Positions 1 to 10,771 of a stretch of 64,000 nt of DNA are shown here, piece after piece (the stretch's first letter is position 1; each line of letters opens with the position of its first letter). Both the position numbers and the translations under genes were made by a program. The stretch covers positions 93,930,001 through 93,994,000 of the forward strand of contig OZ038378.1 in assembly GCA_964036045.1 (NCBI GenBank). The letters run 5' to 3'. The stretch comes from Eutreptiella sp. 'Long Island Sound 2002'. Taxonomy: Eukaryota > Protista > Euglenida. Under the pieces are notes generated by a model, which was not told the origin of the DNA, ran no database searches, and saw only the letters and a list, made by a program, of their open reading frames with translations.

Positions 1-1250
1 CATCAGCATTGGGGGCTGTAAAGGGGAAGTGCTACTCAGCGTGCACAACGGACCATCAGCATTTGACGCAGCGGATGCCATGCAACCTCTTTGCCTCTCC
101 ACATCTGTGCTTCCAGGGGAAGAATTCAACCAAGGTGGAAATTGAGAGGTGCCTCCTTCCCCCGCTTCATGTTGTCTGATTGTGACCTTATCTCATCGCA
201 AAACTTGCTGTACTGCACCACGTACTTCATCAATATGGGGTGGACATTGCGTTTGCCATCTTGGGCCTGTGCTGTTTGTTTATTTTTTGGGTGGGACCAG
301 CCGAGTTCGATGTGTGGTGCCATTGCGGCATTGTACTTTGAGATGCAGCTTTGGTATTTTTTTGAGACAATCAGGGAGTTGCAAAATGAGGAATTTTTGC
401 GACATTACTTCGAGGGTGTGAGGTACCTGGCGATGCCCACACCACATGCGAGAGGGCATCCATGAATGGCTCTTTGCTGCCTCAGTAAGGGGCTGCTGGT
501 CCACCTGTGAGTTTGGGATCATATGCATTGTTGTGGCAAGGGTTTGCTACAGGGCTCCACATTGGTCTGCAAGGCTCTGTAGGGTCTGCAAGTTTTGCAC
601 GGGTCCAATTTTAGACTCTTGCAGGCTCTAGCGAAGCCTTCCACCCCTTGCAGAACCTTGCATAACTCTGAAATTCTCGTTGCTGACCCTTACATGAAGA
701 TGTAGCTTCAGGTTGGTGGCACGATGAAGGTTCCATGGCTACAAGAGGCGAAAAATGGGACCAACCACGGGAAAATGGCGGAAAGTACGGAAAAATGGAA
801 CCAACCATCGCAAAATGGGGAAGGTGAGGTACATCTTGCAACATTCACATGGCACAACACAAAAAAAAATACCACAACACGGCATGTGCATTGTAGCAAT
901 TGAAAAATGAACAACGGATCACGCACCACCACTCACCGCCGGAAAAATGGGAATTTGTGCCACTCACCGATACTCACCGCCTCGGCGGCTGGTGTGGATG
1001 GTTGGAAAATGGACATCACAACGATACTTCTAGTATAGCCATTGGTCATGGCAGCTCAGCTGGTCATGCCTACTTGCCTCATGACCTGCACATCCCAGGA
1101 TGCTTGTCTTCCATGGTTCAAGGTTGCCCTCCCACCAATGCTGTGCTTCACATGCATACTCTTGGGACACCCAAGGCCCCCTTGGCACATTCATGGTGAG
1201 CACTGGCGAAAGCGTCTCCATCAGCAAAGTGCTTTCTGGTGTTGTGGTCT
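1..1250 (-). pseudogene. Possible decayed MULE-like transposase remnant with introns
   Basis: Minus-strand fragments read KHFADGDAFASAH and PWNLHRATNL, resembling MULE D-G-D and C-x-x-H-x-x-N motifs. They are separated by GT-AG-like, CCCATTTT-rich segments and have many stops. Confidence 0.25.
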
Positions 1251-1361
1251 CTAATGATGGGACATTCAGACAAGCACTAGCGGTCCATCAGGCCTCAGGG
1301 TATGCTTATAGGCTGATTTATGTGTGTGTGTGTGTGACAACACTTGGGCATCCTGATGATC

Positions 1362-1552
1362 GCCCCAGCCAGGATTGGCGGGGAACTGCATCCACAAGGA
1401 CCTCAGGCACGAATGGCAAGGGACCGGCCCACGGCAGCCAGCAGCAGGCCCCAGCCAGGATTGGCGGGGAACTACACCCACAAGGACCTCGGCAAAAATT
1501 GCCGAGGGACCACCCCAACAACAGCAACAACATGCCCCAGCCAGGATTGGCG
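1362..1552. repeat. Tandem repeat, ~87-bp unit, about 2.3 copies
   Basis: GCCCCAGCCAGGATTGGCGG recurs three times about 87 bp apart, twice followed by GGAACT..CCACAAGGACCTC. Confidence 0.9.
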
Positions 1553-2649
1553 GTTAAAGTACAATGGAGGACGTGAGCCCGAGTGTATCAATGTGCCACT
1601 GTCACAGTCATCGTCACAGCCACAGTTTTTTGGCAGTTTTTTTTGGTAAATTTTTGTTACAAAATTTGTTGACTGAATCGTCAGAATCGGGCAGTGTCCG
1701 AGTGGGTAACATGTTGGACTGTGGAAATAGAGGTTGTGGGTTCAAACCCCAGTGCATTCATACGCATGTTGCTTTGCATTTTGTTCCAATATTCCTCAAA
1801 TTTTACCCGTCATCTCTCCAATTTCCCCCAATCTTCTCCAAAGTTCAGAAATTTTATGTAAATTTCTTTCCAAATGCGTTCATAAATCCCCCATTTTTGC
1901 CCATTTTCCTCCATTTTTCTCCATCTTCCCCCATTTCCCCCCATTTCCCCCCATATTTCTCCATTTCCCCCCATTTTTCTCATTTTTCTCATTTTTCCGA
2001 GCTCGGAAAACCCCATTCGGTGCATTGGTGAGTTCGGTGTCGGCTAGTGCGGATGGTTTATTTTCATTACCCAACCCCGGTCTTGAGCCAGTACCATCAT
2101 GTAATAGTTGATTGGAGTGTAATGCCAACACCTGTGCATAACCAACTCCCTGCATACATACCACAACACACTTCTCTTGCTGCCATTTTCTGGTCTGCAG
2201 AAATACATGGACGGTGTGTGGCAAGAAGAACCCACTCTGGTCCTCATCCCACTCTGGTCCCCATGGCACCTTGGAACCTTTGCTGCAACTAAGTGGCAAT
2301 TGTCAGGTGGGGTTACGACACACACACTCACCTTCACTTTGCACCACTTTTTTGACCATAAAGCCCCATACTTGCTGCACTTGCGCATGGTGGTGTGTAC
2401 CCCTCCCCCCGAGGCGTGACCAGAACCCCCTGTATTTTTTCACCACAAACCCCCCCTCCCAGAGAGATTTGTTTTGGTACGGTTGGGATCGGGAGGGTTT
2501 TGTGCAGCGGGGGGTTTGGGTGGGTTGTGGTAAGAATACGGTTCTTCTTGTTAAGGTGTGGGGCATTTTTTGGTGAGGATTGAGTTCTTTATTTGGCGAG
2601 GATTGGGTGGTAGTGGTGGTGCATTGTTTTTTATCCTTTAGGTACATGC

Positions 2650-3785
2650 GGGGGGGTTTTTTGGTATATTTTATTTGGGTTTTGGCAAAGTTTGCGTTGA
2701 TTTCTCCTCGAGAGGGGAGGGGTTATGGGGCCATTTTTGTTTGTCCCAATTGCCGAGATCCCGTGAAGGCAACGATTATGTAGGCACTTTGATTCCTCCC
2801 CACTGTGGGGACCCTGGGATGGCAAACGTTATGTAGCCACTTTCATTTGGCTCCATGTTGGAGCGCCCAAGATGGCACGGTTTGTGAAGCCACCCTCATT
2901 CCACTCCTACAGCCCCCAAGATGATAAGGGTCATGCACGAGGAATCCATCCAGCTAGGGTCATATGGCCACTCCGATTCCTCCTTTCTTGGGGACCCTCA
3001 GAAAGTAGGGTTGTGTAGCCATTTTGATTCCTAATGTGCCGCTCTTTTTGTGGGGCATCGATTAGCATGCACATCAAAATTGGGGTTGCGGGTTTGTGGA
3101 TGGCGCTACCGGGAATCCATGAAAGCATTTCGGATGAAGACACACTCATCCCCCTCAAGCCAACGATGTTCCTTTTACACCTTGGATGAGACAATCCTAC
3201 GTGTGCATCGCCCAAGCAATGGGGCATTCATTGTCTTCTTGGGGTTCCTAGTGTGGGGATGTTTGCAATAAGGATGGATGGTGTATGGATGTGTCCAACA
3301 CTCTAGATGTCATGCGGCCCCAATCCAAAACCACCACGGCAATAACGAACAGGGCTTCATGAGGTTGTGTTGTTGTGGCGTGTGTAGGATCATGCTCCAG
3401 TACCTTGTCATGTATGATTTTTAAATCCTTAAAATGTATTCCCTTCGACAATTTTTCCCGGAAGCAACCGTTTGGGCCTGAGGTATTCGGCACAACCGTT
3501 GGCAGTGTGGGTATTTTGCTTTGTAGTGGCAGCCATATCTTCCTACCCAAAGAGATGCTGGCACCGTGCCAAATCACTATGATCCCCACGAGCAACCAAA
3601 TTGTATTCCCAAAACCTTCGGACGAATGGAATGTTTTGTGTTGGATTCTTTTTGAGGGTAAGGATGCGCAAAGGCCATTGCTAATGCTAAGGGCTATGCA
3701 TCTTGACTCCGTGGCCGCGTTTGCTATGACTAGGGGATAGAGGACGACCGTAAGTACTTTTCATACGTTTGCCGTGCCCCCCTCA
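2650..3785 (-). mobile_element. Decayed non-LTR retrotransposon fragment (RT C-terminal part)
   Basis: Minus-strand KVLGIQFG at about 3595-3618 resembles RT domain 7. The region is heavily frameshifted and ends at the left TIR of element C. Confidence 0.35.
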
Positions 3786-4761
3786 CCTGGGGGTGCAAAG
3801 TTACCTCGGAAATCATAACTTAATCACGGGCCCAAAATGCCATTTTGGCGAAACAGTCTCTCAGGAGTGTGCACAGAAAACCAATTTGAAAAATGTTTGA
3901 CAGAAGCCATTCCACGGTACTGATAGCAATTTATTCTGGCGCTGGCAGTAGGACACGGGAGGATCAAGGCACTATGTCCAATTGTGTCGAAGGGGTGTTC
4001 CTGGCGGTGTTTCAAGGTGGCGCGGGGGTTGGATCAGGGTTATGTGCATACACACGGGTTTATCTCCTACCGAACAACGTCACACACATGTCCTGTGCGT
4101 ATTACGGTAGGGAATATTGCCCTCTAGGCAGGTGAAAAAGGAGGTGCTCATTGGCGCTCTCTGTTTCTTCCCATCCATAGGGCTCGTACCAAAGAGTCCA
4201 CCTAGTTGTGCATTACCTGGGGCGCATCTTTTGGTTTCCAGTGTTGCAATTAGTACCACACCAAGCTTCCCATTTTTGCTATGTCCTTTTACTCCCAGCA
4301 GTAGAACTACTATAGTGCAATACATGGTACTCAATACATGTCGTATGTACCGAAAACTATGGGCTATGCCCCTAGTGTACCCCGTATTACTCGGGTATAT
4401 GCCCTTTTAGTGGGGGACCCCGGGGGGGGGGGCGGCCGGGCCCGGTCCTTGTATGCGACCCCCCCCCCCGGGTTTTGAGAGATAGTGGGCTGGGGACATG
4501 GCGCCAACGGCGCCCCCTTTTTTCCGCATGGCGCCAACGGCGCCCCCCCTTTTTAGTGTGAGCGCCAGATTTCGCAAGACGAGGCGCTATACAAATGTCG
4601 TTTGTTGCGAGGTGCTTTGAGCGCGGATTGGCAAGACGGGGCGCTATACAAATAGTTTGTTGCCACCTGAAGATCCTGCACTCGGAGCAAAACCCCGGCC
4701 CGAGTGTAGCGCCAATTTCTTTCTGGGGCCAACACATTCGTTCAATCTTTCTTTCTCCTTC

Positions 4762-5240
4762 CCACGCTTTGTGGCGTGGCCCCTCGAGTTGGGGTTAGGG
4801 ACTCACAATCCACGCTTTGTTGCGTGGCCCCTCGAGTTGGGGTTAGGGACTCACAATCCACGCTTTGTTGTGTGGCCCCTCAAGTTGGGGTTAGGGACTC
4901 ACAATCCATGCTTTGTTGCGTGGCCCCTCGAGTTGGGGTTAGGGACTCACAATCCACGCTTCGTTCCGTGGCCCTTTGAGTTGGGGTTAGGGACTCACAA
5001 TCCACGCTTCGGTGTGGTCCCTCGAGTTGGGGTTAGGGACTCACAATCCACGCTTTTTTGCGTGGCCCCTCGAGTTGGGGTTAGGGACTCACAATCCACG
5101 CTTCGGTGTGTCCCTCGAGTTGGGGTTAGGGACTCACAATCCACGCTTTTTAGCGTGGCCCCTCGAGTTGGGGTTAGGGACTCACAATCCACGCTTTGTT
5201 GCGTGGCCCCTCGAGTTGGGGTTAGGGACTCACAATCCAT
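4762..5240. repeat. Tandem array, 46-48 bp unit x10, each unit containing GGGTTAGGG
   Basis: Unit CACGCTTTGTTGCGTGGCCCCTCGAGTTGGGGTTAGGGACTCACAATC; ten copies of GTTAGGGACTCACAATCC counted. Confidence 0.97.
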
Positions 5241-5570
5241 GCGACGTTTTTCCGCGTTTTTCCTCGCCAAAGTGCTCCATGGGGCGGTTCCCCTTGCAAA
5301 ATTTTTCAAAGGCCAGTATGGTGCCCAAACCCAAACTTGTGAGTGCCGAAACCTAAACCACAACCCAAGCAGTCGCCGCAGAGCGATGGGAGTAGGCACC
5401 CAGGAAAGTATTCGCTGTAGAGCGACGGTAGTAGGCACCATGCTGGTCTGCGCAACGATGAATAGCGTATTAATAGTACGTTGCTTTTCGTCGTTTGCGT
5501 GTCCCTTTGCAACAGTGTGCCCTGTGTTTGTTCCTTGCTTTGCTCCCTTTGTACAGTGCAGCGACACATC

Positions 5571-7634
5571 ATGGCGACTCTCAATCTTGAGAAGTCGCTA
5601 AAGCGAGGGAGTTGTGTTGTGTGCAACAAGAAGGGCTGCCACAAGGCATGTGTTACATGCCTTGTAGCCTACCACAACCACTGTGGACACGCTTGCCCCT
5701 CTGCAGCCCCCTCTTCACAACAGCCACCAGCACCTTCTCCAGACCCGCCGACCCCCCCTGCTCAACCTGAAGTCGGCCCTGTCCCACCTGCGGAGAATGA
5801 CCCACCTCTTGCCCCAGACTCTGCTTCCCATGCTGCCTGTGGTGGAAAATGTGGCCAGAAGGATGCCTCTTCTGGTCAATGCGGATGCACAGAGGAGATT
5901 TGTGGCTCTGGGTACCGTTTCAAGGGTCGGGTTTCAGGGGGTGAGAGGTTACAACATTTCACTTCGGTGAAGCACGAGGCATGGGTACATGCTCCTCCAC
6001 CCCAACCATCTATTTTTGGTAGCATTGAACGGTTTGTGGTAAAAGGGGTGGCACCCGACATTCCATCCGATGCTCAGCCGGAAGTTCCCGCCTCAGAGGA
6101 TGCGATCCTTCTGCCCCCTCCTCCTGATAGGCACCCCACTCCATGTGGTGGTTACATGCCGGAAGGTCACACACAACAGTCGGTGATACTCAACTTGCCT
6201 TTTTTTTTTTGGATGCACAACAATTGGCCGAAGGTACAATACCTTCGATCCCGCATGCTTGGCAGTTAGAACTTTGTGGTGTGCTCGACGAAGTTGAGAT
6301 TTTTCAACGTGAATTTCCCAGTGAGCCCTTTTTCATCTGCCATCGAGGCAACGACCGCCTAGAAGGCACGTTCTCTGTGTGTAGAATGGGTCGGGGTTCC
6401 GGCGCTTGCCCGGATATTGTTCAACTGCAGTACCGGTTGGCAATTGTAGTACAGAAGTCTGCCATTTATGCCAAACACCCGGAATGGAAGGTCATCCGAA
6501 AACGAGCTACCACGGGTGACAACATCACACCTGCAACAGCCGGTAGCTGCGCAGATGGCATTGATTGTGTAGCAGTGTGGAATGCCGGGTTGGATATGGC
6601 AAGTGCGGAACTACAAAGAGAGTTGCGTGCAATGGCTGTTGGAGGGGTCGGCATCTTCAGCCCATTCGGTGTTCCGATGGAAGTCGGCACAGTGGATGAT
6701 GCCGAGGAGATTCTCGATGACCCCGATGATCTCCCTCAGTGTGATGAGGAGGATCAGTTGGAGCAGACGTTCACTAATGACTCCATGATTTTCTTTGAGG
6801 GAAAACTGACTTCCAAACAGCAGGTTTTGAATGAACTCATTAACACACCCGCGGGCGCTGCTCCGCGGGACCGTCTCATGCGTGCTTTGCAGATGCCACG
6901 GCCAGGCAAGTTGCCCACATTGACCGTGACTCCCCAAGCGGAGAACATGCCTGTGGCGGTGACACATTTGCTGCTTGTGTGTGCTTCCACCAGGAGAAGC
7001 TCAAGTGGGGCATCTTTTCCCTTTGGGTTGTCAGTGATTCCTTAGGACACTCTGCCATGGACACACCCACATCTGAGATTGAGGGTGCGGCGCACTTGAC
7101 AGTCTATGGGCAGTTTATGCCCCTTGAGCGTTATGTCAGCGCAGGATTGCATCTTTGGCATGACCGTCTTCATGCACTCGCAACGTCGTTTCCCGGTACC
7201 TCTGTCTAGTTCATTCGTTTGCAGGTAAACGAGGATAGCAAATGGTATGCTCCAACTAGTCAGTTGGATGCCTTGTCAGAATTGTGTGCCCAATCCGCAC
7301 CTCAAAAGGTGCCTCCTCTTAAGTGTGAGCCTTATGAAGGCTTGTTTACTGCAGATCGTGGTGACAAAGGTTTCACCACTGACATTTCCCGCTCAGTGCA
7401 GTGCAAGATTTGCGAGGCAACAGTGCCACGCTTGTGCATGCTCACTCATGTGGATCAGCACCTTCTGCGGAAGGAGTGCGTCCAAGGTCAGGACGCCATT
7501 TCTTTGGCCACGGCTTGTGGGTTTTGTGACGACCGTGTCACTTGCTCCACGCAGGTCGTGATGCGGAACAAGCGGACACATGCCTTGGTCACCCTCATGG
7601 TCTCTGACTGTCCCAGTCGACCAGCTAAGACCCC
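5571..7634 (+). pseudogene. P-element/THAP9-related transposase-like gene with Cys/His zinc-binding modules (5' part, internally deleted)
   Basis: It has an N-terminal C-x2-C...C-x2-C...H-x2-C (PHD-like) module. GNDRLEGTFSVCR resembles the P-element QD-x-LE-x2-F-x3-R catalytic Glu region. It also has CKIC...HVDQHLL...CGFC. The reading continues in the inverted segment 10771->10244. Confidence 0.5.
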
Positions 7635-7878
7635 TGCGAGGGTTGTGATGATACGGGTGGGTCCAGGGCCACAAGCACACTGGCGTTTGATTTTGGGGAT
7701 ACAGATGACATGACAGTGGGGGCTTGGAGGAAATCAGGGTGCTCTGGGCAAGGATCAAATCGATAGAAAGTGGTGATTTGTTTCTGTCCGGACCAGTTAT
7801 TCTCAAATTTTAGCCTTCGCAAGGGGAAATCCAGGTTACCTAACCAAGAATTCTGCACAGAACAGCTGAAATCACATA

Positions 7879-9438
7879 TCATGGAAGTCTCAGCAAAATG
7901 TAACAGGCAAAATCATGAGAGTCGGGATCACACAGAAAAATGAATAGCACATCAGTGGTACAAGTGGCAGCACTGTAGCAATACCCCGTGGGAAACAGGC
8001 TCAAAACACACAAAACCCAAAAGGAAGCGAAATTTCGCGTCTCAAACCAAAATGTGCAAAAAACAATATTGAAAACAACAAATATCTCAAATGTGGCGAA
8101 ATTTCGCCACTCCAGCACTGCCAAGGCATTCTTCCCACTTCCCGGATCTCTACCAGCCCAATTGCAGTCTCTCACAAGGACACCAATGCTAAATGTAGGG
8201 GGGGGATACTCTTTCAACAACACCTTCAACCCCAAAAGTAGCTCCTTGCTTTTAGACTGCATGTCGTTCAATGGTCCATTCTGCGCCGCAACGGCAAATG
8301 CATCAAGTTTGGCCTGAACTCTTGGTAGAAAAGTGCCAGCATTAAGACACAGCGCCAGTATTGTCTTCTCCATATGGAGGAGCTTAACCTTTGTTGGTAC
8401 CGCACCCCCTTCCTTGAAATCGGTGTGTACTCTCTCAATCAGACAGATAATGGGCATAAAGTTGCGGTAAAGCATGGTGATCATATGCTTGTACGGGTGC
8501 CAAACCACGTAGATGAGGGGGAGGCTTGGCCAGTGCAACTGGAAGTCGCATGAAGTGTAACTCTGCCCATACAGGTATTTCAAGAGCTCATAGTGAATCT
8601 TCATATCCACACACAATGGTAAATCATGACGAGTTGCCTGCTGCACATGCCGGATTGTATGTATCAGTTTCAAGTGTTCCAGTTTGCTTCCACACCGTAG
8701 TTGAGACAGCATCATTGGTTGCCAACGGAGAGATACCACATTGTGCCGCACAATGTCGAGGGGGACTCTGACAAAGGTACGCTGAATCATGTCGGGAAGA
8801 GCATAAATCCGCCGAAACAGATCCGCATGACGAAGTTGTAAAGCATCAACACGTGCCCCAATTGTCCGAACGGCATCCAGTAGTGAGACATGACCCGGAA
8901 ATGGTGGTAGGGCTGGCAAATGTTACACGGTCACAGCTGTGCAATTTATGGAGTGGTCAGGATGCAGCAGGTCCACCCCATAATTCTTTTTCACCCAATT
9001 GTCATACCAGAGCCCCATCTGGTGGTTCTGCATGCTTTGCCAAAGCCAAGTTGCTTGTTCTCGTGCATTGGCAGTAAGTGAGGGCATAGCTGCATGCACA
9101 AGTCCTGTGGGAGCCAATAATCGGCGGGTCCTCCGGCTCAATGAAAGAGGCATTGGTACATCCTGGGACTGTGCATGAGGGGCTGCCATCTTTCTCAGAA
9201 GTCGCCGCAAGCATAGCAATTGATTGGAGAAAACAGTGTACCAACGGGGCTTCTTCCGTATTCCATGGGCAAACAGCAACCGTGTAAAGTCCTTCCGTGA
9301 ACGTCGATTTGTCCGCATTGCCAGGGCCCAGACGGCCAATAACCTTGCAGAGCCCCCGTCGGCAACATCCGTCATGAGGTCATCAACGTTCTGAAACTCA
9401 CGACTTGCCACAACCACCCTTAGGAGTGCCGGATCCAT
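7879..9438 (-). pseudogene. Element A DDE transposase (Academ/DUF6589-like), 3'-truncated
   Basis: Motifs WYDN, CVDMKIHY and IYVVWHPYKH are collinear with the ORFs at 18037-20166 and 26833-27537. There is one in-frame TAA at 8923-8925. Confidence 0.7.
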
Positions 9439-9593
9439 GTCCTGTGGTCACCTCAAAGCAAATACTCACATATTTGCCTCAGAACAGGGAACATACTGCA
9501 TGTCAAGATTGTCGGAATGTTCATAAAACTCATCAAAGGCACAAATTTCGGGACAAATGAAATCAATTTAGCACACAAATATACAAATACACA

Positions 9594-9613
9594 ATAAGGG
9601 TATCAATCCTAAG
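9594..9613 (-). mobile_element. Element A left TIR (inverted), flanked by the TTATC TSD
   Basis: The minus strand reads TTATC|CTTAGGATTGATACCCTTATTG. The right end at 14050 reads CAATTAAGGCCTCCTAAG|TTATC. Confidence 0.8.
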
Positions 9614-10243
9614 GATAAAACATGGAAACCGGAAATCTGGTACCCGGTCATCTAGTGCAGCGGTATGCATGGTGCATCGTCAAATTGTGGGCGTGGGTTC
9701 CGTGCCCAATACCGTCATCACCACCAGCAGGTGCATATCGCACCACGACATGGTCCCCCCACGGGGGGGGGCAACTACAACCGGTCCTGATGCGACACCC
9801 CCCCCCCCCAACCTATCTGTCAAATCTCGGGGGGGGGGGGGGGGGGGGGGGGCAGGGGGCAGTTTTGGGGGGGGGTCGGCTGGGGGTGTAGGGGGGGGGT
9901 TTTGGCCGTGGGGGGGGGGGGTTGCAAAGGTGGGGGGGCTTGCGCGCGACCCACTACTACCACATGCACACCTCGGGGGGGGTTGCGTGTCTGGGGGTTT
10001 AGGGGTACGGAGGTATCTATGCGATAATAGCTCTTTCTCGTCATTGCCGAGAAGAAAGTCTTAAGAGTCGCCGTGTTGCCCCTCTCCCCCCTCCCCCCTC
10101 CCCTCTTCCCCCTTCCCCCTTCCCTCTTGTTCCCCCACGCCCCCCGGTTAGTGTCTGAGAAAAATTCCTGAAACTTGGTTAGAGTTGGGGGTTAAAAGAA
10201 AAAATGGATGGACTTCTGCTTAGAGGTCCTTGAGAAGCTCCCC

Positions 10244-10771
10244 CTATGAGGACGAGGAGGAGGAGTCTCGGCGGGCGCCCTTCAAATGAAGCTGCCGTTG
10301 GGCTTCGCCCCGCCTCTTCTTGTTGCGCTTCCCGACGCTATTAAGCGGACGGGATCGCTCAGCCCCAGAGGTCGTTGCCTCTGACTCACTTGGGAGCGGG
10401 GGAGCAGGAGGCTTTGGCTGGGGCAAAGGCAGGGGAGGCAAGCTTGACGACGATGAAGCAACGTCGCCAGGTGCAGATGAGGCCGCTGCATCAAACTGAG
10501 CATCATCAGCCTGTGCGGGTGCATTGCCCTGATTTTTTTTCTTCCCCTTGTGAGGCACCCAATTCAGCACCGCCTCGTGCTCTGCCTCTGCAATGTCCAT
10601 CAAATCAGGGAGCCGTGCACTGTCATGCACATCTGCATAGTGCTGTGCCATGCAGTAAGACCAAACTTTCTTTGTGCATAGCGGACAGCGGACAGGATGA
10701 TTCGTGCACGGGCTGCTTGCAGATCTTTTTTGTCCTCTGAGGGCCCCGGTCAACGAAATCCGCACAGCCGG
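10244..10771 (-). pseudogene. C-terminal zinc-finger part of the P-like gene, displaced by the inversion
   Basis: PCTNHPVRCPLC..VWSYCMAQHYADVH joins in frame to the 7219-7634 segment when the inversion is reversed. Confidence 0.65.

Larger units (their letters stand above)
7635..10771 (-). other. Inverted segment (~3.1 kb)
   Basis: The breakpoints are CCCC (7631-34) and GGGG (10771-74). Flipping the segment restores two open frames (AKTP|AVRISLTG and SQPSQG|NKKAAAK) and restores the TTATC TSD of element A. Confidence 0.85.

Noticed and set aside
4762-5240. True or fused telomere
   Set aside because: TTAGGG occurs singly within a 48-bp unit and never in tandem.
4657-5601. 314-aa ORF
   Set aside because: It is a translation of the 48-bp array, with frame switching at 46-bp units.
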